The notes beneath the pieces are model-generated. The model made no database searches. It was not told the DNA's origin and worked only from the letters and a program-made list of their open reading frames with translations. Made by a program: the position numbers and the translations under genes. From Myxococcota bacterium (GTDB taxonomy: Bacteria; Myxococcota_A; SURF-8; G963663525), in contig CAXXVK010000025.1 in assembly GCA_963676915.2 (NCBI GenBank), positions 1 to 41,226 on the forward strand: DNA of 41,226 nt. Direction: 5' to 3'. Positions 1 to 10,109 of the stretch are shown in pieces (the stretch's first letter is position 1; each line of letters starts with the position of its first letter).

Positions 1-291
1 AATCACCCGCCGTAGGATCAACTCGTCCCCATCGTCCAGATCACGCTCGGCGAGTCGCGTCAACATGGCGGGATCGTCGGAAAGCCGGAAGACCACCGAC
101 ACCTGCGCCCGTTCGGCTCCCGCCCGGACGAAATCCGCCGTAGCGCGCCCACCCAGCACCAGTTGAAGGGCACGCACCAAGATGGATTTTCCCGCGCCGG
201 TTTCACCGGTCAATACGGTCAGGCCGGGGGAGAAATCGATCTCCAGCCGGTCGATCAGCGCGAAATTCTGGACGATCAATTGGCTGAGCAT
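1..291 (-). CDS. recN: DNA repair protein RecN, 5' part (runs off the left edge; absent from the ORF track)
   Basis: Reverse complement from ATG at 291 reads MLSQLIVQNFALIDRLEIDFSPGLTVLTGETGAGKSILVRALQLVLGGRA..., the classic RecN N-terminus with Walker A TGETGAGKS. Confidence 0.95.
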   Translation of the reverse strand, partial: MLSQLIVQNFALIDRLEIDFSPGLTVLTGETGAGKSILVRALQLVLGGRATADFVRAGAERAQVSVVFRLSDDPAMLTRLAERDLDDGDELILRRVI

Positions 292-669
292 GTCGAAGCC
301 GTCCTACGGTATCGGTTGAAAACAACGCCGAGACGCATCATAAGCCAAATCTTTCACGGACCCAAGAAAACAAGACGTTTCACTGAGTATAATGTGAAAA
401 AGTACCCAAAGATGCTTTTCCATACCTCAAAAAGTCAGAACGTTTGCTGCGGGCAATACGACGAAAAACGCCGCTTCCCCGTGTCCCAACCATGTCTATA
501 GGTTTTCTGCATGTTGACACTTTTTCGCTGACTTCTCCCGCGAGTATGGTAGGATAGGAAAATCTGGAACGAAAATGACACAAGTTAGGAACAGTATTAA
601 CCGTGCCGAATGGCTCTTATTAGTTGGGAACGTGAAGTAATGTTTCGAAACTATTACAAGGGGGAACCG

Positions 670-2703
670 GTGAAATCTAGCACGATAAATGGGTGGCGAC
701 TTCCAAATCGTGACCGGGTTCTGCAACTTTTTGTGGTTTTGTTATGTTTGGGGTTGTGGGCCTGTCAGTCCTGGTTCGGCGGGAAATCGAGTTCTACCGC
801 CGATCGTCCGGCCAAAGCGCAGCGCTCCATCGAGGAATTGCGGCAGGCCGTGATCGACAACCCTGACGATGCCGACGATTTCGCGGATCTGGCCAAAGCC
901 ATGCCTCTGCATCTGGAAATTCGACTCAATCAGGTGCGTGCGGAGTTGGAAGCGGCGGAAAGCACCGATCAACTCAAACAAATCCAGACTAAACTGGATG
1001 AGGAAACCCATCATTTCGCCGAAGGGCTGAGTTTCGTGCAGCATCGCTGCCGCTGTTCGGAAAAGGACTTTAAAGAGGCCTACGATGATTTCCTCGAACA
1101 GATGGGTTACAAAAACAATATGATCGAAGTGACCCGCAACGATATCGAAGTCAAGCGCCACAAGTTCCAGAAAAACAGTCTCCAGCATGGAGAAAATGCC
1201 GTTGTGGCGTATCGGGGAAACAGCCTGGAAGAAGCCCACAATCAAGCGATTTTAGCTCTTCAATACGATGACACGAATGCCCGCGCCAACGTGATACTGG
1301 CCAAGACCAAGTTGTATTTCGAAGGTGAAAACCTCGTGGCAGCTCATCGGATCGAAGCGGCGATCAAGCATTTCGAGAAAATCCTGAAAATCTGCCAGAA
1401 AAATCCCGATGTGATTCTCAGTACTTACGCAGCCAAACAGTTACCTGAACTGCGTGCCAAGCGTCGGGCCGTCAACCGGATGCTTCTCCGGGCGGACCGT
1501 TTGTTCAAAGCCCAGCGCTTCGAAAAAGCCAGAGAGAAATACAAGTCCACTTTGCAACGAAACCAGGAATACTCGGAAATCATCGAACGTCGCCTGAAAG
1601 CGTTGCAGTTTTCCGAAATGGCCAAAGTCCAAGAGCGCTCGAAAAGCTGGAACGAAGCTCTCGTCAACTACACGAAAGTCAAAGAACTTCAGCCTGAGAT
1701 GACGTTCGTAGATAAGTGGATCAAGAAAGTTCGCTACAATCAGGATCTTACCGATGCCCGTGAAGCGCTGAAACTGGCGAAGCAATCCTTCTCAGCCGGA
1801 CAGCTCGACGCCTCGGTCAATCTGCTGAAAAAATCCATTCAACGCTATCCCGATCGTAAAAAACGAAAAAAAGAAACTCGAACGTTGGTTCGTAACATTT
1901 CGAAACAATTGGAAAAACAAGCGTCTAAAGAAAAAAATACGTTGGTGGCCTGGCGTTTGTATGGCCTTTGTGCGGGTCTTGGGGGCAGTAGATGTTCCGG
2001 TAAATTCACGCGCCTCGACCGCAAAATCAAACCAAAACTATTGGCTGCTCTTGGTTCAGATAACGCAAACTGGGCGTCCCGTTTGACGGCAGCCTCGTTG
2101 CTGTTGGAAGTCGATTCCGAAAACAAAAAAGCGGCGCAGATTCGGGAAGAAACGCTTGGTTATCCCGAAAAACACCTCGATTTTTCCTTTCCGACGTCGT
2201 TCGAGCTGGTCGGCTACTCGGCCTACGGTGACCTTCCCGACAATGCTGTCGTGAATCTTTGGAGAGAACTGTTCGTCGAGGTTCTCGTGCAAAACGGTCT
2301 GAAATCGGTTCCCGGAGCGAAGCCTTTGAAAGTACAGGTTCAGGTTACGGATAAACCTGCCGGACCACCGGCTTTTGCCGAGGAAATCACCGAAAGAGGC
2401 GTGTTGCCGGGTAAAGAGAAAGTAACCCCTCCGGGATTGCTGTTTCTCGTCGGACCGGCGGACGGCACCGTAATCGATGCTTTTTGGATGCCTTATCCTG
2501 CCGACGGTACAGGATGGCTGGCGGCGGCGGTGCCTTCGGTTCAGAATATGGGAACGAATGTGGTCAACTGGGTACGGACGGTCGAACCCAAAAGCGGGCG
2601 GGAAACCGCGATCCGTGCCAGTATGCGACGTTGGCGGTTGACCAACGAAGGACCATGGGCCGAAGCGCCTTTCGAGCTGTTCTGGCAGGAATCGCAGATA
2701 TAG
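670..2703 (+). CDS. Large helical/TPR-like putative lipoprotein
   Basis: Long ORF (610-2703). GTG at 670 follows GGGGGA, but the start is uncertain (610, 640 or 670). Hydrophobic signal ends in LWAC. The body has helical TPR-like A-x-x-x-Y/F patterns. Confidence 0.6.
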   Translation: MKSSTINGWRLPNRDRVLQLFVVLLCLGLWACQSWFGGKSSSTADRPAKAQRSIEELRQAVIDNPDDADDFADLAKAMPLHLEIRLNQVRAELEAAESTDQLKQIQTKLDEETHHFAEGLSFVQHRCRCSEKDFKEAYDDFLEQMGYKNNMIEVTRNDIEVKRHKFQKNSLQHGENAVVAYRGNSLEEAHNQAILALQYDDTNARANVILAKTKLYFEGENLVAAHRIEAAIKHFEKILKICQKNPDVILSTYAAKQLPELRAKRRAVNRMLLRADRLFKAQRFEKAREKYKSTLQRNQEYSEIIERRLKALQFSEMAKVQERSKSWNEALVNYTKVKELQPEMTFVDKWIKKVRYNQDLTDAREALKLAKQSFSAGQLDASVNLLKKSIQRYPDRKKRKKETRTLVRNISKQLEKQASKEKNTLVAWRLYGLCAGLGGSRCSGKFTRLDRKIKPKLLAALGSDNANWASRLTAASLLLEVDSENKKAAQIREETLGYPEKHLDFSFPTSFELVGYSAYGDLPDNAVVNLWRELFVEVLVQNGLKSVPGAKPLKVQVQVTDKPAGPPAFAEEITERGVLPGKEKVTPPGLLFLVGPADGTVIDAFWMPYPADGTGWLAAAVPSVQNMGTNVVNWVRTVEPKSGRETAIRASMRRWRLTNEGPWAEAPFELFWQESQI

Positions 2704-3077
2704 TTCGAATCATTCATGAAAAGCCTGCACCGACTTGAAAACTTTCGACCTTTCATTGGTTTCCCGATTTTCATCCTCGACAGACCGTAAAAGTTGCCTG
2801 CGGGTGAAAATCGCTCCAACTTCTTGAAAGTTCTTCGGTTTCCCGCTTCTTACGACGATTTTTCATGGATGATTCGGGCGAAGTTTTCGTGAGCTTTATC
2901 AAAAGCATGGCGCTTCGTTGCTTTTCACCGGAAATGTGGTAAAGTTTTGTACATATTGTCGATGATGCTGGCGTTTGACCAAAGCAGGTTTCCGGTCACG
3001 CCTTCGAAAACGACCAACCATTTCCGCTACTGGCCCGCGGCCGCTCTTGCGAATTTGTGACGTGGAGGTAGATCCGA

Positions 3078-3881
3078 ATGGGTAGGAAAATCGCCATCGT
3101 CAGCTTGAAAGGTGGCGTTGGAAAAACTACTACGACGCTGAATCTTGGTTTCAATCTCGCCCGTTCGGGGTTTTCGACGCTTATTGTCGATCTGGACCCG
3201 CAAGGCGGTGTCGCGTTGAGTCTGAACAAAGACCTCGACCAGTTTCCCGGTATCGACAAGTTGATTACCAAGCAGGTCGATAGCCGTGACGCTCCGATCA
3301 AAACTCGGGAAAACAACTTGTCGATCCTGTTCAGCGGTAATCTCACAGGTGAACTGTACTACCCCTATGAAGACTGGATCGCCGGTGGCGGACTGAAAAA
3401 CGTCATTGCCCGGTTGGACGAGGCGTACGATTTCATCTTATTGGACTGTCCTTCCGGTATTGGCGTGGTGCCTCAAGGCGTGCTGGAGTTCGCCGATTCG
3501 TTTCTCGTGCCCCTGCGGCTCGATGCCATGTCCTATCGTTCGTTGATGCCGTTGTTGCAATTGGCAGGACGGGCGAGGGCGAGTGTCAACCAACGCTTAC
3601 GTCCCGAGGGTATTTTGCTGGTCGGTTTCGATCTCCACAACGAGATTTCCTCCGAAATCGCACAGAAAATCTGGGACGAGTTCCCGCATTCATCGATCTT
3701 CGAAACCGTCATTCCTTTCAGTCAGGATTACATGGCGGCCCAGATGGCCGGAAAGCCGGTCAATTATCTGAAAGGTTCCAACCCAACGATCGCCCGGGCC
3801 TACTGGGATCTGGCGGATGAAATCGTCACCAAGAACGGCCTGGCTCCGGAGGAAGAACAACATGACGGAAACCTCCTCTAA
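3078..3881 (+). CDS. ParA/Soj-family ATPase
   Basis: Deviant Walker A KGGVGKTTT, VDLDPQ and DFILLDCP motifs; GGAGG RBS upstream. Confidence 0.92.
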   Translation: MGRKIAIVSLKGGVGKTTTTLNLGFNLARSGFSTLIVDLDPQGGVALSLNKDLDQFPGIDKLITKQVDSRDAPIKTRENNLSILFSGNLTGELYYPYEDWIAGGGLKNVIARLDEAYDFILLDCPSGIGVVPQGVLEFADSFLVPLRLDAMSYRSLMPLLQLAGRARASVNQRLRPEGILLVGFDLHNEISSEIAQKIWDEFPHSSIFETVIPFSQDYMAAQMAGKPVNYLKGSNPTIARAYWDLADEIVTKNGLAPEEEQHDGNLL

Positions 3882-4488
3882 CAACCTTCCGCCGACGGGG
3901 GAAAACGGCGAGTTTCTGCCGGATGAACCCCGATACACGGCTCAAAGTCTTCTCGAAGCCCTTGCCGGTGATGCGCAACTGGCGCCGGGCGATTTTCCGG
4001 AACGCCCCAGACCCCAAGCCGGGGAAACCCGAGTGGTGGAAAAAATCGTCGAAGTTCCTTCCTCCGATACTCCAATACAGGTCGAAGCCAAGGACATCGT
4101 CTGGCGCAAGCCTGAAGGCGTCAACGATTTCAATGCGTTATCCAATTCTCTGCTCCATTGGTTGGTCGAAGAATTTTCCGTCGAAGGCACGATGCTGCTG
4201 GACGAAAGCGGTACCATCGTAAGTCAAGACGGTCGGTTCCGACGCAATCCCGAGTTGCTGGCTTCGGTTCCTCTGTTGCTGCGGCGCTCTTGTTTCCGAA
4301 CGCACGATCTGCTCAAAGTCGCGCCAAACGGTGTCAAAACGATCGGGATTCATCTCGACAACGACGACGTGGTTCATGTGGGATACATTCCACGCTCTGA
4401 CAAGCCGTTGTGGTTGTTGGCTGCCGGTTCTTCCTCGACGCTTCCGGCGTTTTCCAAAGCCGCCGAATATCTTTTGGCGCTGGACTGA
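3862..4488 (+). CDS. Hypothetical protein with possible C-terminal Roadblock/LC7 (MglB-like) fold
   Basis: ATG at 3862 overlaps the end of parA. Disordered N-terminus, then LVEEFSVEGTMLLDESGTIVS, which resembles the Roadblock strand-turn pattern. Confidence 0.45.
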   Translation: MTETSSNNLPPTGENGEFLPDEPRYTAQSLLEALAGDAQLAPGDFPERPRPQAGETRVVEKIVEVPSSDTPIQVEAKDIVWRKPEGVNDFNALSNSLLHWLVEEFSVEGTMLLDESGTIVSQDGRFRRNPELLASVPLLLRRSCFRTHDLLKVAPNGVKTIGIHLDNDDVVHVGYIPRSDKPLWLLAAGSSSTLPAFSKAAEYLLALD

Positions 4489-4710
4489 TCCAACCCAATT
4501 TAAAAATGAGGGAGTTTTGCGCAGGTCGGGTGGTTTTTCACCCGACAGCTTGGTATTGTCGGGTAAGAAATTGGCCCGGCCTTTGGGATGAAAATCGAAA
4601 ATTCACAGATAAAAAGAGTACCGTTTTTCGATCTGGATGTGAAGGGGAATCCCAGAACGAAGCCCCTGTTGTTTTCCACTCGTTGCTGAAAAATACCGCC
4701 TTTCAAAACG

Positions 4711-4755
4711 AAAAAAGGACGTCAAACGGTCGTTCGTCTGACGTCCTTCTGTTTT
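4711..4755. terminator. Probable bidirectional rho-independent terminator
   Basis: AAAAAAGGACGTCA...TGACGTCCTTCTGTTTT stem-loop with A and T tails, between convergent genes. Confidence 0.7.
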
Positions 4756-4776
4756 GAAAATCTGGAAAACTTCAGA

Positions 4777-5622
4777 TCACTGCTTCTCGCAGAAAATGTT
4801 CAATTGAATCTCAAGCGTATTGCCTCCCACATTCACAGTTAAGCTGTCTGAGTATGTCCAGCCATCTTCGAAATGAATGGTCAAACTTGCCGAACCTGTT
4901 CCCACCTCGTCGTCACCACCGGTAAAGAATCCGTCATCTTTTTCCCAGGCATGAACGCTGACGTCATATGTCGACGTACTTGATTCTCTTTTCTGAAACC
5001 AAGTTTGCCATGTGCTTAACAAATCGGCTGAATTAGCTGAGGAATGAAAGCTGTAATTGTAATTTCCACGGAACTCGGAAACGGTATCTAGATGCATTTC
5101 ATCCGGTCTCGATCCTGACGGGTCGTAGTTTTTATCTTTTTGTATCCATATCCAAGAATCCATTAAAAAACATTTTACATAGCCCGAATTTTCGGGAGGG
5201 TCGGGGACATAGTCCGGATCGTAAATCACCACGACATCGATAGGATCGCTTTCCAGACCGTTTTCACCGATCGCTTTGATCTGCACGTCGTTGGAGCCTT
5301 CCAGTAAATCGACCTCGATTGACCAGGTAAACACTCCTTCGCCGAACTCCTCGCCGAACTCTACCTGCTGGCCGTTGACTTCCACGGAATTCGAGTAAAA
5401 CGTAGTTCCTTCAATGGTAATGGAACTTTCGGCTGTGGTTTTCTCGCTTTCTTCAAAACCAGCCACGTTGACAAAGGGCTTATGCACCACCTCGCCATCT
5501 TCGCCCTGGCTATCGAAAGCGTCTTCGGGTGCGTCACCTTTGTCATCCCCTCCACAGCCAAACGGCAGCAGGAGAAACATCAACAAACTTATGGCAAAAA
5601 AACGATTTGTGCGATTGTACAT
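4777..5622 (-). CDS. Acidic lipoprotein with Ig-like domain
   Basis: Signal peptide ending LPFGC; Ig-like segment ITIEGT...VEVNG...VDLLEGSNDVQIKA; GGAG RBS. Confidence 0.7.
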   Translation of the reverse strand: MYNRTNRFFAISLLMFLLLPFGCGGDDKGDAPEDAFDSQGEDGEVVHKPFVNVAGFEESEKTTAESSITIEGTTFYSNSVEVNGQQVEFGEEFGEGVFTWSIEVDLLEGSNDVQIKAIGENGLESDPIDVVVIYDPDYVPDPPENSGYVKCFLMDSWIWIQKDKNYDPSGSRPDEMHLDTVSEFRGNYNYSFHSSANSADLLSTWQTWFQKRESSTSTYDVSVHAWEKDDGFFTGGDDEVGTGSASLTIHFEDGWTYSDSLTVNVGGNTLEIQLNIFCEKQ

Positions 5623-5935
5623 TACAACTCCTCTTGAACATTAAAACGTTTTCTTTATACTAGCTTAATGTAAATAAAATAAGCAATGCGTTTTGTGCGT
5701 GCACATGAAAAAGCTCCGACCTGCTCCTTTCAGTATTTCTTCAATCCTACACGATTCTCTATGAACGAAGGGGGTCATGGACGGATTCTGTCGAGCATGG
5801 TACAATTCAACTTCGGTTCTTGAATCGAAACGACGGGAAATTATATTTTCAAACGTGACTTTCAGCATAAAGGAATTTGTCGAGGGAGATGCAAACCCTT
5901 GTCGAAATGCTTTCCAATGAGAAAAGATTCTTAAA

Positions 5936-8257
5936 ATGAAGACTTTACATTTGCACAAGGTTGGATGGATTGCCGTAGTTGTATGGATGTTGGGGCTTTG
6001 GGCTTGTTCCGACGATGGACAGAACTATTGCTTCGGAACGGATTGCTCCGACGTAACACCCGGCGACAGCGACACGACGGAAAACGGTGCGGACAACGAC
6101 ACGCAGGATTCCTCGAACGGTGGAGAAGTCGCGAAATTCCGGGCCATCAGCGACTTTTTCGAAATCAATACCGGCAACGGTTGGCAGCCGTTCTATCCGG
6201 TAGGAGTCAACGTGGCTACCGGAACGCCGGGTCGGTTCCCAAGTGAAATGGATCTCTCCCGTGAGACCTTCGACCGCTGGTTGGAGATGGTCGCCGAGCT
6301 CAACTGCAACATGATACGTACCTACACCCTGCATTTTCCCGTGTTCTACGAAGCTTTTGCCGAGTACAACGCCAATCACCCGGAACATCCGCTGTACCTC
6401 GTGCAGGGAATTTGGCTGGATGAATTGGAGGAAGGCGATTACATGACCGACGCCACCGAGCAGATCGATGGCGAAATAGAGCGTGTTATCGATGCATTGC
6501 ACGGCATGGCCGAAATCGAGCACCGATTCGGGAAGTCCTACGGAACCTACACGGTGGATGTTACCGACTACCTCATGGCCTGGTTGCCGGGGCACGAAAT
6601 GGCCGGATTTCAGGTGGAGGAAAGCAACGAACAATGGGCGCCCTACACCCGATACGAAGGATATTACATCAGTCTGGATGACGGCCAGCCGATCGAAGCC
6701 TGGGTGGCGCGAAATCTGGATCACACCGTAGCCTATGAAATGGCGATGTACGGACAACAACGCCCCGTGGCCTGGAGCAACTGGCCCGCGCTCGATCCGA
6801 TTCATCATCCTACCGAAACGCCGAACTTCGATCAGGATACGGTGGATGTCAATTTCGTGCATTTCACGTTTTCCGAAGATTACACGTCCGGCATTTATGC
6901 CTCGTTCCATATTTATCCCTTCAATCCCGAGTTCATCATCTACGATCCCGATTACATTCAGGTGCGGGACAGTAAAGGGAAAATCAACAGTTATTTAGGG
7001 TATTTGTTGGATCTGAAAGACCATTTGCAAGGAGTGCCGTTGTTCGTTACCGAGTTCGGCTTGCCTTCCAGCATGGGCTATGCCCACGTGGGGGAATTCG
7101 CCTACAATCACGGCGGATATTCCGAGACGGAGCAGGCGGAATACGTGGTGGATCTGTTCGACGCCATCGTGGAGTCCGGTTGCGGCGGGGCAGTGGTTTT
7201 CGAGTTGATCGACGAATGGTTCAAGCGCTCCTGGATGACCAACCCGACGATGCTTCCCAACGAACGGGGGCGGTTTTGGTACGATCCGATCAACCCCGAG
7301 GAAAGTTTCGGTCTGGTGTCCTACTATCCCATTCCCGGCCAGAGCATCGCCGTGGATGGCGACCCTTCGGACTGGGAAGATGTGGGGCAAAAACTCGGGA
7401 GTCAGGACGATTCGACCCTCAATCCTTATTCCGATGGAAAGGATGACGGGCGGACCATCGAAGCGTTGCATGTCGCCTCGGACCCGGCGTTTCTGTATTT
7501 CATGATCGATACGACCTCCGAGCATTTTCCCGATCTCGAAAACACGGTGTGGTATATCGGCATCAGTACGGCGGATGGAATCACCGGAAACACTCGCTTC
7601 CCGGATCTGGATCTCGGTGTGGATGCCGAGCACGGCCTTGAGGCTGTGATTCGACTCGATGCGGCGCAAAACACCTACGAACTGCTGGTGGACGCCATTT
7701 ACGATCCTTCGCCGAAACTCAACGGATTTCGCAGGGATGGCAACGTTCCGGGAGTTCCGGTGTCCAACGATACGGGAGATTTCGTGCTGGCGAAGTACAT
7801 CGTCAACAACGACGCTCAATACATCACCAACGGCTATGATTTCGTTCCCGAGAAAAAATGGTACTATCCTGGCGTGTTGACTCGTGGGGATGCTACGAAA
7901 AATTCTCTGGCGCATTTACAACCGGGACTGAGCGGCGTCATAGAAATCCGTATTCCGTGGCATATTCTTTGGGTGTCGGACCCGTCGAGCCGTCAGGTGC
8001 TGTTCGACGATACCGAAACCGACGGTTTCGAGTCTGCGGAAACTTCGGGAATCTATGTGGTGGCGGTTTCCGCCGTGCGGGATGGGGAAAACATCGAGGT
8101 TGTGGACATCTTCCCTCGGCCCGCTTCAGCGGGTAGCGACCCGAACCCGGCGGATATTCCGTTTTACACCTGGGATATCTGGAACGAGATCACATCCGAC
8201 GAGCGGAAAAAACCGGTATTTTACTCCATTCAGGAAGCCTATGGAGACTTTCGATGA
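5936..8257 (+). CDS. Lipoprotein with GH-A clan (GH2/GH5-like) TIM-barrel glycoside hydrolase domain
   Basis: LWAC lipobox; GVNV...CNMIRTYTLH...PLYLVQGIW; putative acid/base GHE and nucleophile VTEFG; DEWFKRSW. Confidence 0.7.
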   Translation: MKTLHLHKVGWIAVVVWMLGLWACSDDGQNYCFGTDCSDVTPGDSDTTENGADNDTQDSSNGGEVAKFRAISDFFEINTGNGWQPFYPVGVNVATGTPGRFPSEMDLSRETFDRWLEMVAELNCNMIRTYTLHFPVFYEAFAEYNANHPEHPLYLVQGIWLDELEEGDYMTDATEQIDGEIERVIDALHGMAEIEHRFGKSYGTYTVDVTDYLMAWLPGHEMAGFQVEESNEQWAPYTRYEGYYISLDDGQPIEAWVARNLDHTVAYEMAMYGQQRPVAWSNWPALDPIHHPTETPNFDQDTVDVNFVHFTFSEDYTSGIYASFHIYPFNPEFIIYDPDYIQVRDSKGKINSYLGYLLDLKDHLQGVPLFVTEFGLPSSMGYAHVGEFAYNHGGYSETEQAEYVVDLFDAIVESGCGGAVVFELIDEWFKRSWMTNPTMLPNERGRFWYDPINPEESFGLVSYYPIPGQSIAVDGDPSDWEDVGQKLGSQDDSTLNPYSDGKDDGRTIEALHVASDPAFLYFMIDTTSEHFPDLENTVWYIGISTADGITGNTRFPDLDLGVDAEHGLEAVIRLDAAQNTYELLVDAIYDPSPKLNGFRRDGNVPGVPVSNDTGDFVLAKYIVNNDAQYITNGYDFVPEKKWYYPGVLTRGDATKNSLAHLQPGLSGVIEIRIPWHILWVSDPSSRQVLFDDTETDGFESAETSGIYVVAVSAVRDGENIEVVDIFPRPASAGSDPNPADIPFYTWDIWNEITSDERKKPVFYSIQEAYGDFR

Positions 8258-9753
8258 TTCTGATAAAACAAGCATTTTTAACGTCATTGCTGCTGTTTGC
8301 GGTTTGTTCCTTCGCGTTTGCCGAAGAGGAAGAGCCGGAAAACCTGTTGCCCAATCCTTCGGTGGAAACGGTCGATCCCGACAACGAAAACCTCCCCGAA
8401 CATTGGGTGCATAACTACTGGGGCGATGTGGATGCGACCTTCGAGTATCTCGATACCGGGTATACCGGCACTCGTAGTTTGCGCGTGGAAAACGTAGCCG
8501 ATACCGCCGAGGGCGCTGGAGACTGCAAGTGGTGGACGAAGCCTTTCGATATCGTCGAGGGGAAAACCCGCTATACGCTGTCCAATCATTATCGCTCCAA
8601 TGTAACCACAAGTCTGATGATCCAGGCCATTTTGGACACCGAAGAAACCCGTTGGCTTCCGGTGACGAGCGTTGGAGCCTCCGATGAATGGACCGAGGTG
8701 GTGGGAGAAGTCGTGGTGCCGGAAGGTACCGTGCAAGTGCGCGTTTTGCACGTTCTGGCGGCCAAAGGCTGGTTGGAGACGGACGATTACGTGTTTGCCG
8801 AATACGACAACCCCAACACCGAAGGCAAAAAAGCACTGGTAAGTATCGTCTTCGATGATGGTTGGGTCTCGGGGTTCATTCATGCCATTCCCATAATGAA
8901 CGAGTACGACTTCGAAGGAACCCACTTTCTTCACGCCGAATTCATCGACAAACCCGGCTACCAGGCCGATTATATGACCTCCAAACAGATCTATGAAATG
9001 GCTGCCGAAGGCCACGAGTTCGGTTCCCACTGTCTGCACCACGTCAACCTTGCCGAAGTGAGTATCGAAGATGCCGAGGAGCACCTTGTCAAATCCAAAG
9101 AAATTCTGGAGGAGATGGGATTCAACGTTCCGGGATTGACCCCGCCGGGTGGTGCCTACAACGATGAAGTGATGGTAAAGGTAAAAGAAAACTACAAATA
9201 CATGCGGACCATCGATTTCGGCTTGAATTACAAACCCTACGATACTTATCATCTCAAATGCGTTACCGTGCTCAACTCCATGACGATGGACGATATCGAA
9301 TACTACGTGCAAAAAGCTGCCGCCGAGGATGGCTGGCTGATTCTCGTGTATCACCGGCTGGGCGATCCGGCGACGCTGGATACTTTTGTCACGCCGGATT
9401 TCTTCCGGGAAACCATGGAATATCTTGATGAACAGGAGGCCGAAGTTCTGACGATGGGCGAGGTTCTGGGATACTGGGAAGCCCAGGACTGGACACCGGA
9501 AGAAATCGAAGGTGGGATGGTGCTGCCTCCGGCGGAGATTCCCGATGCCATCTACAATCCCGATACCGAAGAATGGGAACCGAATGCCGACTCGGATCAT
9601 CCGGCTTTCGCAGACAACGAAACCAACGATTCGGGAAGCGGACTGGTGGACTCTTCGGGAAGTTGCCGATCGACGGGAATTTCCGGGGGGTGGATCGGCG
9701 GAATGATGATACTCATTCTGTTCGGTTTACGCAGGAAGTATTGTCGGGGCTGA
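8254..9753 (+). CDS. Polysaccharide deacetylase (CE4/NodB) with N-terminal carbohydrate-binding-like domain and MYXO-CTERM-like tail
   Basis: SIVFDDG and GHEFGSHCLHH CE4 motifs, ILVYH. NLLPNPSVE start is typical of CBM4/9-like modules. C-terminus SSGSCRSTG-hydrophobic-LRRK. ATGA overlap with the upstream gene. Confidence 0.85.
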   Translation: MILIKQAFLTSLLLFAVCSFAFAEEEEPENLLPNPSVETVDPDNENLPEHWVHNYWGDVDATFEYLDTGYTGTRSLRVENVADTAEGAGDCKWWTKPFDIVEGKTRYTLSNHYRSNVTTSLMIQAILDTEETRWLPVTSVGASDEWTEVVGEVVVPEGTVQVRVLHVLAAKGWLETDDYVFAEYDNPNTEGKKALVSIVFDDGWVSGFIHAIPIMNEYDFEGTHFLHAEFIDKPGYQADYMTSKQIYEMAAEGHEFGSHCLHHVNLAEVSIEDAEEHLVKSKEILEEMGFNVPGLTPPGGAYNDEVMVKVKENYKYMRTIDFGLNYKPYDTYHLKCVTVLNSMTMDDIEYYVQKAAAEDGWLILVYHRLGDPATLDTFVTPDFFRETMEYLDEQEAEVLTMGEVLGYWEAQDWTPEEIEGGMVLPPAEIPDAIYNPDTEEWEPNADSDHPAFADNETNDSGSGLVDSSGSCRSTGISGGWIGGMMILILFGLRRKYCRG

Positions 9754-9820
9754 TGGGGTTCCATTCCCAGCCCTCCCGCTGGTTCAGGTCTCCCGACCTG
9801 AGCCACATGTTTTTTCATGA

Positions 9821-9957
9821 GATGGAGCAGGATTGTATCCTGCTCCTCAGGTTTTTTTGAATTTTCCATTTTGTTGCATTACGTTCCTATTTTTGTTTCG
9901 AGTCTATCGAGCCACGGTGTTATGAATGTTTGGACCAGGATACAATCCTGCTCCATC
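9821..9957. repeat. REP-like inverted pair of 22-bp palindromic units
   Basis: GATGGAGCAGGATTGTATCCTG (9821-9842) and its exact reverse complement (9936-9957). Each unit is part of its own hairpin (GGAGCAGGAT-TGT-ATCCTGCTCC). Confidence 0.7.
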
Positions 9958-10109
9958 GATAATGCCAAATTTCGTTATCTTCCCCATCCTTCCATACGCC
10001 TCAAAATCCCTTGAATTATCCTACAGTTCCCGCTACAGTGAAGCGGAATTCGCCGGATGAAGCGTTGCATCCGGGTTGCGGTGGTGATTCAAAGCGAAGG
10101 CGGAAACTC

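Noticed and set aside
163-501. 112-aa plus-strand ORF
   Set aside because: It is the antisense shadow of recN.
514-550. Sigma70 promoter TTGACA...TATGGT
   Set aside because: The 25-bp spacing is too long.
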